From Lama guanicoe (taxonomy: Eukaryota), in the NCBI GenBank assembly GCA_013239625.1, contig MU053431.1, positions 186,001 through 250,000 on the forward strand: DNA of 64,000 nucleotides. Reading direction: 5' to 3'. Each line of letters starts with the position of its first letter. Positions within the stretch are counted from its first letter, which is position 1. Shown piece after piece: positions 1 to 12,269 of this stretch. The notes beneath the pieces were generated by a model that ran no database searches, was not told where the DNA came from, and saw nothing but the letters and a program-made list of their open reading frames with translations. Made by a program: the position numbers and the translations under genes.

Positions 1-19
1 CCATCCCCTGCTGCCCTGT

Positions 20-250
20 TCACCTGGCTGCTCCTTCTCTTCTTCAGGTCTCAGCTTGGGTGTTACCTCCAAAGAGAGGCCTTTCCTGCCCACCTCCACC
101 CCTAATCTGGCTTTCTCTCTGTCCTGTGTGCTGTCCTTCCAGGACTGATCAGGACTTGGTCATTTCCTGTGTCTGCTTTCACTTGCTCTTGGTCTCTGGT
201 ACCACACTTAACCTCTAAGAAATTCGTAAGCAATTCATTGAGTGAAAGAA
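20..250 (+). mobile_element. L2 LINE 3' fragment
   Basis: ttcaggtctcagctt...ttacctcc...agaggcctttcctg matches the L2 3' consensus and ends in a degenerate (TGAA)n-type tail. Confidence 0.7.
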
Positions 251-934
251 GTCTCATCCTGCAGACGTGGACGGAGCACCTGGGGTCGGGCCTGTGCCTT
301 ATGGCTCCTCTGCAGAGAACACTTCGATCCTCAGACACAGTCTTCAGGCTCCACATCCATGACGTCTGCCCTGCCAACAAACCAGGCAAGGACTTGGCAA
401 ACATAAACATTCAGGCTTTGTTCCTGATTGATTCTGACTGCAGGAGCCAGATCAATGGATGACAATCTGCTTTCTCAGGACCGATAAATACTGATAGATT
501 CCTGCCCGATGGCGGCTGGAGGGGCGCCAGCTGTCTTGAGCTCCAAGCCCGCCCACACCTGTGTCCTCATCCTCGGGGGGCCAGGGGTATTTACACTTGG
601 ACAATCTCTGTTTCTCTCCCCAAATGTTGTGTTGCTTGTGGTGATTTGCCTTGGAAAGGACCTGCAGTTGGATTGGCCATTTGACATGTGTGGCTGCTAT
701 TAAAATGTGTCTCAGAGATAAAGGGGCACCGCTCTCGCCTGGGGGTGCATTTATGTGCTCCTGGAAGAAACCATCAGGTGCGTCCTGGTCCGCAGACACC
801 TGGGCGTTGGTTACAGACAGCATGGCTTTATCTTTGATTCACAGCAGTGTGTGCTTTTCTGTGTCCTGGAGCTGGGGAACTGGCTCACAGCAGTCACCCA
901 ACAGTTAGCTTGTTCCTGCCATGTGCTAGGTACC

Positions 935-954
935 GTGTGTGTGTGTGTGTGTGT
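935..954. repeat. (GT)10 microsatellite
   Basis: read directly. Confidence 0.95.
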
Positions 955-2019
955 TGAGGGTTCTTTAAACTGTGAAGAATCAACAAGCACACCTCCCATC
1001 TTCTTGGAGTTCACGGTCTGTGGGAGAGGCGGCTGTGAAGACCAGGGGCTCTTGTGCCCGGCGCTGCGGTAGCTGTACCCAGAGCGGCTGTGGGACGGCC
1101 CGGGTGCACAGAAGTTCTAGCTGGGTTTCCCCTCGCAGGTTCCTTTTGTGACAGCTGCTGTAGGTCCACTGTCAACCTGCTGTTTCCCTCTGTGGTCACA
1201 ACCACCTTATAAAGAGGAACCAGGCTCTCTCCTCTGAGGGACAACTCCATAACTTTGGGGTGACTCTCCCACTTGGGCTGTTAGGTGACGCTTGCTGGGC
1301 ACCCTGATGCGCAGAGAACAGCCTCTTTGGGTGTTTGTGCTTTCATTTTCAAGCTGCCGAGAAACCAGAAATGTCATGTAAATCTCCTCCTGGCCCCTCC
1401 GAGTCATCACCCCTTCCAGTGAGAGCAGGCTTTTCTTCTGTCCTCTGATGACAAGACCAGCAAAGGACCTGGGTCACTGTTTCCAAAGAGAAACAAGAAG
1501 AATGTCAAATTTCTTACCCAAAGGACTGATTCTGCATCACTCTCCAGAGAAGGGGAAAACCATGATTTTCATTGGCGGGTGGTGTTTAGAGAAGGATCTA
1601 TGTCTTGAAGTTGAAAAAGAATCCACTTGGCTTTGATATTTGGAGGAAGTGTCCAAACCATCGTGTTTCTGCCTGGTATTCCTTTATGCAGAACCCGCTG
1701 GAGTCGACATTAAAGGCCCCGTCTCCCGTTTGCCACGAAAGATGTTTAATTGAAAGGTTCTTCCTCTCCCCTTGGCAAGCCTCATTTCTCAGCACCAGTT
1801 GACATGTGAATTCTGGGGTGACTGGTCAAGAAAGGAGTTTGTGTGTAATTAGACCAGATTGAAGAAGAGTTTGGAAATCGGCCAGAGGAGGATTTGGGAG
1901 TCTGCATCCTTTCACCAGGTCAGGGCTTTGTGCAGTATTCATGTGCGTGAGTGAGCGCGGCTGCACAGAGTGCCAGCACCACTGGCTCCTGGTAGAGCAC
2001 ATCAGCCAATCCCCCCACC

Positions 2020-2427
2020 CCACCTAGGCCCCTTCCTCTTCTGGGAACACGGTAATGCCCTTCCTCCCTCTAACCTCAGGACCTTTGCACATGCTGCTCC
2101 CAGGGCCTGGACCACTCCTCCACGGCTCTTCCCCTGTTTGATCCCTTCCCATTGTTTTCATTTGTACTTACACTCACCTCCCTGACCACCTCATTTAAAG
2201 TTGCCCTCCTCACACTCCCTGGCCAGTTGTGTTCACTCCCTTCACTGTCTGGCCAGAGCTGTAGCCGCCCCTGTGTTATTTGTTTACATGCTGACCAACT
2301 GCACCCTCCCCTGGGACGCCCACTCCAGGAGGGCGAGGCCCTGCTGGCCTTGTTCCCTGCTGTACCCCAGCACCTGTGGTGGGAATTCCGTCAGTATCTG
2401 CTGAAGAAATAATGTGGACAGATGAAT
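2020..2427 (+). mobile_element. L2 LINE 3' fragment
   Basis: cctcaggacctttgcacatgctgctccc...cctgaccacc...ctccaggagggcgagg...tgttccctgctgtaccccagcacct are L2a/b hallmarks. Confidence 0.8.
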
Positions 2428-5400
2428 CCTTTCCGTTCCAGGCTCTGTGGGCTCTGATTAAAATTGCAAAAGAACACAGAATTCCACACGTAAAATGAGT
2501 TAGGAAAGGGGTTTATTTAAGTTCTAAAAAGCTGATGTGTTTTACACAATCTATAGTTACTGAATATTTTTATTAATCAGTTTCCTGATTATGTAATATT
2601 TTTTTGCTGCGTATTTTTTGCCTCTTTCTGTGACAGAAATTTTGTGGTACTGTTTTTCCACAGAGAAAATAGAAAGCTAGTCCCATGTGTCTTCTAGTGG
2701 GGTTGGGTAAGATTGTTTTATTTTACTTTATTTTTTATTAGGGAGAATTGACTGCCTACAACGTGCAGATTGACACACAGACGTACTCACGGTGGCACTG
2801 TATGAGTTTTGCCCTAGAGACACGAGAATTCTGACGAGTTCTGTGTCACCCCATCAAGCAGATAAGCGGTGTGCTGACCCTTGCGCGCCTGCATTGCAAG
2901 CTCTGAGGGAAGGTGCCTTTTGACTGGCTGCTGATGAGAACTGTGTCCTCTCCTCAGAGTAACGCTCTGTGATCAGAGGGGTTGTCCGTGGCCGAGCTTC
3001 CAACTCTGTACGTTCCAAGTCCCGTTTCTCCTCCTCTGTGGGTAGACGTGGTGCGCTGGAGTGGGCAGGCTCACAGCACGATGCACCATCTGGCCCTGGG
3101 CCCTGTGACAGGATGCGAAGGGAGGGGAGTGGTGCAGTAGGTGGCAGGCCTGCCCTGAAGCCTGGCTTCTCCAGGACGGGGGCACAGTGGCCCTTCACCT
3201 GGGAGTGGCTTCATACCAAGCCGCCACTAAGCCCTGAAGGAGTGTGTCCTGGCAGTGCTGCAGCCCTTGGAGACTAGCCGGCGGGAAGGCAGTGTCCTGG
3301 AGGCTTCAGATCAGGAGGCAGTGCTCTGAACGGACTGAGGTTCAAATATCTTCCCTTGCAAGTTCCTCAAAGCTCACGACCAGGTGAGCCCATTGTTGGG
3401 GCCCCTCCTAGGTCTTGGAAGGAGCCCCAGGTCAGTGAGGGGCTCCTCAGTGGGCTAGCCTCCAGGCCTGTTCATCTGCAGTCCAACGAAAAGGAACACC
3501 CCGTCCCTCTCCCCAGCCCCTACCCTGGGGGCTCCTGCGTCTGCCGGCTGTGCCCGCCCCAGGCAAGCCGTGTCTGAATCGAGCCCCCCCCACAACAGTT
3601 ACCATGTGGGCTCTGATGGGCGTCTCCAGTTAAAACACAATGTGTGAGGGATGTCTTCTCATCAGATGAGAAAATGTGGACCCAGCTGGACTTTAAACCC
3701 AAACAGAATGTCACCTCACCTACTGGTGTTGCTGCTAACCCTGTGATGTCCTTGGCAAGGTGGGCACAGAGAGTTGTCCCAAGCCTGCATTTGGTGTTTT
3801 CCCATAATTTAGAAAGCACTTCTCATAGCCCCGGTGAAGGCAAACACGTGTGGCCAGCTGGATCCCTTAGCAGGAACCTGCAGGGGGCACAGGTTGCAAC
3901 TTATGATGCTTTTTCTGGCGGGAGTGAGGAGTCCTCCAAGGGGGAGATGGGGGCCGGGCGGCGGAGGAGAAGAAGCCGCGTGCAGAGGATGAAGCTGTGG
4001 TGGGAGGCATGTGTGTCGGCTCCCATGCGTGTGTGATGTTGAAAAGCAGAGCACCCTAAACAGTAAGCTAGCCAAGGGGGATGCCCAGCCTGCTCGGAAG
4101 GAGAAGCTCCATGTGTTCGGTGATTTCCAGAACTGCAGAGGGGACTGGCTGAGGAATACCGATTTATAAAGGGGAGGCACTGGAGACCCTGGTTTCCATC
4201 CACTCACCAGCTTGCATCTTGGTGGACAAATCTTCTGGGCAGGGGGTGATTTATTCTCTGCCAGGCTTTCGACAGTCAGGCAGTGGTGGTGGTGGTGGGG
4301 TGGCCCTTAGACTTCAGAGCTTGAGTGAATGCAGGCTGCACCCAGAGGCCCCGCCCCACCCAGCAGGTCTGGGGTGTGGCCAGGGATTCTGCACTTCCAG
4401 CAAGTCCCAAGGGAGGCAGCTGGTTCCAGGGGTCTGCTAACTCAGAAGGCTGTAGTCGGGCAGACCTTGACTTCCCATGCCCAGTGGGGAGCTGTGAGGG
4501 TGACATGTTTTTCAGACACTCAGAGAGCTAGATGTGACTTGTGTAGTTTTAGGGATGGTTTCTATGACCAATGGGGAGTCTTGGCCAAAAGCTGTGTCCT
4601 GGGCTGTCTTGGTGGCTGGGAGTGCCAGGGAACAGGACCCATGTGAGGGAGGAATCATTGGCCTGCACGACTCGGGAAAAAGCATCCTTAAACCGCCCCC
4701 TCCCCCATGCTGCAATCACAGCCAAACACAGCACCCCTCCTGCTTTCTGGACTTGCCCCTCCAACCGCATCGAGCTGTGAGGGGCAATTAGTGAATCAGT
4801 TGACATCTTCCCTGAGAGTTCTGGGGTCACAAAAGCTAATTAACCTTCCTCTTGCCTTCTAAACAAAGTAATAGCCACGAGAGAGCCAGATCGCATGGAA
4901 CAAAACAGGAAGGCAGAGAGAAAGCAAGAAGGCCCATCTCTGGGAAAAAAAAAAAAAAAGATTGGCAGAGAGTTTTTAGAATAAAATACACTCCAAGGGA
5001 GGGAGATGTGGGAGACACAGCTCCCCAGAGCAGCTCGCCCCGTGCAGGGATGGCTTCAGTGGTGGCCACACTCTTCTCTGAGGTCTGCTTTTGTCCCGCA
5101 GGTGAAACACACAGGTCTGTTTGCTCTCCGGGAAATCCTGGAGGGGAACTTGGGGTGGGAAGTCCTGAGGTGACCCTGAACTTGGGGGTGGAGCCTATTG
5201 GCACCACAGGGATGGGCTCATCTGGGCCACATGGACTTGCTTGCCCAACTCATGGTGGCCTGGGCTGACCAACAGAAGACTGCACAGGGGGATGCTGTTA
5301 ATTTCGCCAGCCTCTCCGGCCCTGGGCGCTGACAGTCAAAGTGAGCTCCCTTTGTATGGGTGGACCAGGTGTGCTGGGGACACAGTCAGCCCGGTAGAGG

Positions 5401-5460
5401 CACCTTCAGGGTCTTTGCGTGGCTTCAGAGAGCTGATCGTGTCATCCCTCCCCGATTCTG

Positions 5461-5910
5461 TGGGATGGTGAGTTTTAGGTGTCCACTCGACTGAGCCACG
5501 GAGTCCACAGGTAACTGTCAGCCCATCACTTCTGGGGTGTCTGTGAGGGTGTTTTTGGAAGAGATTAGCCATAGACTGGGTGGGGCAGATGGTCCGCCTC
5601 GATGCTGCCGACGGGCCTCACATGAGCCTCTGGGGGTCTGGATGGAACGAAAAGGCAGCGGGTGAGTTTTTTTCTCTGACTGCGCTGGGACGTCGATCTT
5701 CTGCCCTGGGACTGGGACTTACACCTTCAGATCTCCTAGTTCTTAGGCCGTGAGATTCAGGTTGGGATTATAGCACCGGCTTTCCTGAGTCTCCAGCTGG
5801 CAGGTGACAGACGTACTTTTGTACATCGTATGTATCATATATATTGTATATTAGTGCGGACGCACACGTGTACACACTGTTGGTCTGTTTCTCTGGAGAT
5901 CTGTGGCACA
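5461..5910 (+). mobile_element. MLT2 (ERVL) solo LTR, MLT2C/D-like
   Basis: starts tgggatggtgagttttaggtgtccactcgactgagccac...gtgtctgtgagggtgtttttggaagagattag; contains ggctttcctgagtctccagct; ends ctgttggtctgtttctctggaga. Confidence 0.85.
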
Positions 5911-6019
5911 TCTGTGTTTAGTGCTGTTTGCTCCAAGCCTCAGACTGGCTGTGGAGGGAGAGCATTCACCCCGGGGAAGTCTGCAGTTGCTACAAGCCGG
6001 GGCTTCTTTGACCCCGGGG

Positions 6020-6054
6020 GGCCAGTTGCTAAACATTTCCCAGCGTCCCACTGG
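6020..6054 (+). mobile_element. hAT-Blackjack (MER63-like) terminal fragment
   Basis: ccagttgctaaacatttcccagcgtcccactg resembles the MER63 end ccggttgttaaacatttaccagcacaccactg. Confidence 0.45.
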
Positions 6055-6155
6055 GTAGCCAAGTCCTCCTGAGCTACTACTTGTTCAACATTTTCTTCAA
6101 AAAAATTCATATTAAAAAAATGAAAATAAGCTTGTTTTGCAAAGGTGCTTTAGCT

Positions 6156-6372
6156 CAGGGTTCAGCAAACTCTAGCCCCCGGGCCGCCTGGCCTGTCGCC
6201 TGTCCTTCCCAGGGAGGTTCTGCAGGCACACACAGCCATGCTCATTCTCTTACACGTTGTCCATGGCTGTTTCCAAATACAGGGCAAGTTGAGACGCTGT
6301 GACAGAAGCCCTTTGGCCTCAAAAGCTAAATATTTACTCCCAGGCCCTTTGCAGGAAGTTCGCCAACTCCTG
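6156..6372 (+). mobile_element. MER58A hAT-Charlie MITE, full length
   Basis: TIRs cagggttcagcaaac / gttcgccaactcctg; internal cacagccatgctcattc...aaatatttact; 8-bp TSD ctttagct (6148-6155) / ctttagac (6373-6380), 6/8 match. Confidence 0.9.
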
Positions 6373-8414
6373 CTTTAGACGAAGCCATCTCTAATGTTAG
6401 TGGGCAGACGTATCCCCTGTGTCTGGTCCTGGGCCGCAGCCTAACACAGAACTGAACGGGGACTCAGCCGCCCTGCCGTAAACAGAAGGTGCCGAGCAGT
6501 GGAGATCAAGGCAGACCAGACAGTATCGCAGAGTCGTTGTCGGTATCTGCGGCTGCCAGAGACTCCGAGTCTGATGCCTCTTTTTGCTCTGAGACATCAC
6601 AAATGTCTGAGGAGTGTGACAGATGTGCTGGCGGCAAAATGAGACCCTGTCCTGCACGCGAGGAGGGGGAGCACAGATAACTGAAAACACACCAAGACGT
6701 GGTTATTTAGTAAGGTGGTAAAGCTATTGGGCTAATAAATAGTTTTTTTTTTTTAACATTTTTTCCCCAAAAATACCACCTCCTTTGCCATGTGCTTTGA
6801 ACATCACTGAGCACCTAGCCTGGCTTTATGAGGAAAGTGGAACAGCGACTAAAAGAGATTGTTTATCGTCTTTGATGAAGTTCCACCTCTTTAAGCTTTA
6901 ACTCCACAGCTCTTGCGTTATTTTAAAACCGTCTGGCATAGCTAGAAACCTAACGGTACGAGCCACTGTGTGATAAATTAAAATACTTTCCACTCTGTCA
7001 TACTGCAAACAAGTAGTTACTCCCAAGTCTTTGAAAAAGTACTCTTGAGATAAAATATGTACTTGTGGATTCTGCAGGTTTAAAAAAAATAGAAGCCCTG
7101 AATCTTCACAGAGTTACTCAAGGGGAGGGGATGTTTCATGTAAAATGTGTTTTCCTGACATTTAGAGGTCTTGCAAAGTGGTTTATTATAGATCTTGTGG
7201 ACATCTTGATATTTAATTAAATTTCAGAAATATATTCTCTGTACTCATAAGAGAGAATTTGAAGAATTATTTATTCACTGTCTATTTGTTATTCTTTTTC
7301 TGTTTCTAACACAAAATTATCAGCTGGAAGTAAGTCATCAGAGGCACTTAAAATTTTTCAGGGTCGGAAATCTAATTAACCCCAGCAACTGTGCTTAAAA
7401 TGTTAAATAATATAAGACAAGTCCTTACAGGAATCCTTGGTAATACCCAGGCTGGGTGATCTATTTACAACAACTTTTTTGAAACTGACCTTGAATGTCT
7501 ATTTTCAACAAGCGTGAGGGAATCTAAAGCAGATTGGGAAACAAGTCACTTGTGAGGCCTCATCCAGTACATTTCAGTACATTATTGCTGAGTGTAAACA
7601 GCTGAATTTGTAAGTGGTTTCACCCTGTACGCCCTGAATTAAGAGTAAGTTCATAGTGAATGGACTGCTCGTCTGAAAATAGCTCTTTCTTCCCATTTAT
7701 ATTTGCAACCAGAAAGATGAAACCTGAATGTTCAATTCAACCTAGAAGTTTTGGGGTAAATCTTTGTCACACCCATCTCTTTGGTGGGTTTGCTTAATGC
7801 GGTTTAGGCCTTCTGTTGTCTCCTGAAAAACTAAGCTGTTCGTGCATGTTCTTGGGCTCTGTGTTTTATTTTTCTGGGAGTGGGACTCTAGTTTGCAGTA
7901 GAACAATTTCTTCCTCTTCCAAAGTACCTTCAGGAGCCAACCTCTTTCTCTCCATGAGATTGTATGTTTTGCCCTTAACTTACCAGAGTAAGAGCTGATG
8001 GAAATGGTCAGAACAGGAGCTACTGGGAACTGGGAAGAAAATACAGAAGACATGAGTGGTTGGTGTGGAAGGTTCTTGGGAGCAGGCGATGGAGGAGCCA
8101 GGCAGGTAACCTGGCAAGGCTGGTGCCAGGTGGGAGGAACTGGCCACTCACAGGAGGTCAGCCCCCTGCCCACGAAGAATTGGAATTCTTGGGGGAGGCA
8201 GAGGTGTGAGGGAGGGGGCCTGGGGCAGGCATTGATGTCTACTGGACAGACTGGTCCAGAAAGGTCTAGAAGCTGAGCATGGAGTCGATGTTGGCTGCAG
8301 GTGAGGAAGCAGAGGAAATCCCCAGGGAAGGGGGCGGGCAGAAAGGGCTATTTGTGCATGGACGTGACTATAGTGGAACATCTCTCTCTGTCTGAGGCTC
8401 TGATGGCATCGGGC

Positions 8415-8901
8415 TGTGATTGTTTCCTGCTTCTGCTGTAACAAATCACAACAAACTCAGTGGCTTCAAACAACACAAATTTAGTGTCTAATTGTCCTAG
8501 AAGTCAGAAGTCCGAACTGGGTCGTATGGGGCTAAAATCGAGGTGTGGCTGCGACGCTTCTGGAGGCTCCTGAGACAGTATGTTCCTTTGCCTTTTCCAG
8601 CTCCTGGTGGTGGGGGCGGGGGGGGGGCGCCCACATTCCTCAGCTCACAGCCCCTCCTCCATCTTCAAGCCCAGCCCCCATAGTGTGAGCCCCTCTCCCA
8701 CTGCCATTCCTCTGGTTCTGTCCCTTCTGTGTCCGTATCCCACTTATAAGGACCCCTGTAACCACACTGAGCCCACCCAGATGATCCATTTCAAAATCAG
8801 TTGAACAATCTTAAATCCATCTGTAACCGCAGTCCTATCTTTCCAGGTTCTGGGCATTAGGATCTGGGCATCTTTGGTGGGGTGTTGCTCTGCCTACCAT
8901 A
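8415..8901 (-). mobile_element. MLT1D-like MaLR solo LTR
   Basis: gctgtaacaaatcacaacaaactcagtggcttcaaacaacacaaattt...ttataaggacccctgt...tctgcctaccata. Confidence 0.88.
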
Positions 8902-8989
8902 GGCCGGTTTAGAACAAAGGCTTATTAAGCCAGAGAAAAGTTACCAGGTTTGGTGCCAAGCAGGACACAACTGGAGGTGGGATTGGCCC

Positions 8990-9534
8990 TTGGTGCTGTT
9001 GTGTGACACACCATCTCACCATGTGGCTCTGTTCTGCTCGCAGAATCTGGGGGTCAGAAATTCATTCAGAGCACGTCAGGGACAGCCCGTCTCTGCTCCG
9101 TGATGTCCGAGGCCTCAGCTGGGAGTCAGTCGGTGGCTGGGGGCTGGAGTCATCAGAAGGCCTCTTTACCCACGTGGCCAACAGTTGATACTGGCTCTGG
9201 CCTGGGAGCACGGCGGGGCCTTCTGGCTCTCGGCTGGAGCACCTGCGCATGGCCTCTCCTCACGACCTGGGCTTCATCACAGTATGGAAGCCTTAGGGCA
9301 GCTGAGCTTCTTAAACTGATGGCTGGAGGCTCTAAGGGCAAGTGTCCCAGCCAGCGAGATGGAGTCTGCGTTGCCTCAGAAGCCACACTGTGGCTCGTCC
9401 GCCACGTTGTACAGCGTGCCCTCACCCCCGTCTTCAGTTCACAGGGGGAGGGGTTAGGGTCCACCTCTTAATGAGGGCGTGATGTGTGGGATGGGAGAGA
9501 CAGGGACACCCACACCTGGAAGTGATCTGCCACA
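8990..9534 (-). mobile_element. MLT1 (F/G/H-type) MaLR LTR
   Basis: tctgggggtcagaaattc...ctctgctccgtgatgtc...ggctggagtcatcagaaggc...ccacctcttaatg...tctgccaca. Confidence 0.8.
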
Positions 9535-9604
9535 TTCTTCCAGGATCCTGGCGGGGTCGGTCCTCCGACTGGAGGCCCTGGCTGTTTCTGGCTGAGCTCC
9601 ATTC

Positions 9605-9787
9605 TAGGGTTGCCAGATTCAGCAAATAAAAATACAGCATGTTCACTTACATTAGAATTTCAGATAAATAATGAATTCTTAAATGTAGTTATGTCCATGT
9701 AATATTTAGGGTGTACTTATGCTAAAATATGTTCTTTTCTGAAACTCTTAACTTACCTGGATGCTTGCATTTTCTGTGGCAACCCCA
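9605..9787. mobile_element. MER53 palindromic hAT MITE, full length
   Basis: tagggttgccagattcagcaaataaaaatacag...tggcaacccca; 8-bp TSD ctccattc (9597-9604) / atccattc (9788-9795). Confidence 0.92.
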
Positions 9788-10515
9788 ATCCATTCTGAAT
9801 GCCCATTGTTCCGTATGTCGAACGTGACTTTTAGAAGTAAGGAGGGAGCTGGTTTTGAGAGGGAGCCTCCAGGGAGGGGACCCGTGGGCTCCTGAGTGCA
9901 GAGACCCAGACCCGAGGCTGTTGGGCTTTTTCATTCCTTGCCCGCGTCTGCAGAACCAGCCCGCCCGGCTCCACTCGCCTCTAGCTGTCAGAAGACTCCC
10001 AGCCCCGGTGATTAGTGGGAAGCCTGGAACCCATTCTTCTGATGAGCTTTCAATTAGCCCGTGTCTCATTTTCAAAGGCTCATGAATAAATGATTAGCTT
10101 AGATCAGAGGCAAAATGGAAGACCTCACCACTAATAAACAGAATGGTTTGAGAGGTTACCTCACCGCCCTTTCCACCCTCCTCCTGGTCGTCGCCTCCTC
10201 CTGGCAGGCAGGCAAGGCGACAGCCAGCGGCGCCTGGATGCAGTCCTGCAGGCACCGTCCTGGATTTTCTGTTCCCCTGGCAAGGCTACGGGCTGCTTTC
10301 TGTTATTATCTGAATTGTGCAAACCAAGACACTGGTGGCGCCCAGAGGTCACAGGGCCGGGAGAACCCCGCCCAGGCTCGCTCCTGGCCCGGAATTTAGT
10401 TCCTCTGTTCCACTCATGGTCCCTCCATTTCTTCAAGAGCAAATGCCCTTTCTGCAGGGGACAGACAAGTGAGCTTGTGTACACTGCCTTGTAGTTAATC
10501 TGTCCCTTGGGCTGT

Positions 10516-10980
10516 AGTTGTGGACTGGATATTGTTTCCCAAAGTGGTCTGTCCAGTGCTACCCCTGGTCCCTGTGAAAGCGACCTTACTCAGAAGGTGG
10601 GTATTTGCAGATGTCATTAAATGAAGGCTCTGGGGATGAGATCATCCTGGGTTTAAGTTGGGCCCTGAGTCCGATGATTGGTGTCCTCAGAAGGAAAGGG
10701 AGAGGGAGGTTTGAGACTCAGACACAGAGAGGGCAGACGGCCCTGTGAAGGCGGGGCCAGAGAAGGGAGGGGTGCTTCTACAGGCCAAAGACTCCTGCAG
10801 CCACCGCCAGCTGGGAAGGCCAGGAAGGGGTTTCTCCCCAGAGCTTCCGGAGGGAGCCACCCCCACCGACACCTTGATCCTACAGCTCTGGACCTCAGAG
10901 CAGTGAGATAATCAATGTCTGTTGTTCCAAGCCACCTGGTCTGTGGTAATTTGTTACGGCAGACACCGGGAACGAAAACA
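10516..10980 (+). mobile_element. MLT1C MaLR solo LTR, full length
   Basis: tttgcagatgtcattaa...gatgagatcatcctgg...aagccacctggtctgtggtaatttgttacggcag...aaca; perfect 5-bp TSD GCTGT at 10511-10515 and 10981-10985. Confidence 0.93.
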
Positions 10981-11789
10981 GCTGTGACCTGGATGCTGAA
11001 CGCGGTCCATAGCTGCCTTGCCCTGCCCTGTCCATACCTGTGACCGCAAATCAGGCCACCACGTTGCTTCTGCAGGCATCAGGCTGTAGTCTTTCCCGTT
11101 TGTATGTGAGACACATACGGTGATACATGAATCTGAGCCCATCTTGGCCAGCCTGTGTGGCCTTGGAGAAAGACAAATCATGTTGTCCAGACCCGTGCTG
11201 GGGTCTTCAGAGGGAAATTCAGAGTAACGTGGAGGCTGTGTGCTTTTCTTAGTCAAAGAATCGAAATGATGTTCTTCATGCCTTGAACTACTAAGGCACT
11301 TAAATCAACTCCACGGCGGAGCCAGCCAGCCGCTTCCATGTGTGGGTCCCAGGATGAGGAGGTGTGGAAGTTAGAGGCTTGTGTGTAAATCAAAACCCAG
11401 CGTCCCTGGCTGTAGGCGGACTTTTAAAGGTATTACGATGCCTGCTTTCCTGTGTGCAGAGCCCTCTGGGGAAGGGGCAGAGGCAGAAGGGGATTGCTCT
11501 GGCTTGCTCATCTCTTAGGGCAGGTGCCACAGCCACTCCCAGCCCTCCCCGTAGCTCAGATGCCCTGGAAATAAACATCGTCATGTAGCACCAGCCGGTT
11601 CCCAGCTGCCCCTCCTTCTGTTTGCTGCTCTCCGACGGCAGGGCCTTGCTGACTCCCTATAACATGGCTTTTTGCAGAGCCCACTGGACTCTCCTTTTCC
11701 CCTGAACTTCACAAAATGCTGGCTTCACCCCAGAGCTCCAAGCAGTTGCCCTGTGAAGACGTCCAGGTCCCGGGAGAGGACGTAAAGGA

Positions 11790-11930
11790 TGTGCCTGAGC
11801 TGTCACTGGTTTGTAACCTGAGCAAGTCCTGATCCATGCCAAGCCCCCATCCCCATCAGTAAGTGGGGGCGAGGCGCGTTCCTTACCAGCCTCCAGGCGA
11901 GTTTGGAAGATCCAACAATGGCATGAATGC
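11790..11930 (+). mobile_element. MIR SINE
   Basis: gtaacctgagcaagtc...ccccatcagtaagtgggg core. Confidence 0.6.
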
Positions 11931-11939
11931 CAAGACACA

Positions 11940-12110
11940 GCGTTGACTGATGTGGGTTCCCTGCCATGTGCCAGGCACCGTGCTTTCCTCCCAGAGCACA
12001 GTTCTTTACTCATTTTATGGAGCAGGGTAGGGAAGCACAGAGAGTTGGAAGAACCCACCCGAGGTCACAACGTGAGGAACTAGGGTTCCGACCCACGTCA
12101 GAGTGAGGTC
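11940..12110 (-). mobile_element. MIR SINE
   Basis: atgtgccaggcaccgtgct...cattttatggagcag...gaagcacagagag...cccgaggtcaca. Confidence 0.7.
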
Positions 12111-12141
12111 TCTAAGCCATTCCTCTGAGGGTTTCACCTTC

Positions 12142-12260
12142 TGTTTATGATCATCTGTGGCTGTTTTTGTGCTGTAATTACAAAACCGAATACATAGAAC
12201 AGAGACCTTTTGGCCCGCCAAGTGGAAAATATTTACTATTTGGTGCTTTACAAAATAAGT
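12142..12260 (+). mobile_element. MER58 fragment (3' half)
   Basis: tgtggctgtttttgtgctgtaa...acagagaccttttggcccgccaag...aaaatatttactatttggtgctttaca. Confidence 0.8.
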
Positions 12261-12269
12261 GAGACATTA

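Noticed and set aside
2430..2830. AT-rich block that may be an ancient DNA transposon (hAT-Tip100-like)
   Set aside because: I could not identify TIRs, a TSD or the family reliably.
3134..3145. CTCF-like GCAGTAGGTGGC (and CTACTAGGTGGC at 55507-55518)
   Set aside because: 11/12 consensus matches are expected by chance in 64 kb of GC-rich DNA; cannot be supported without ChIP or conservation.
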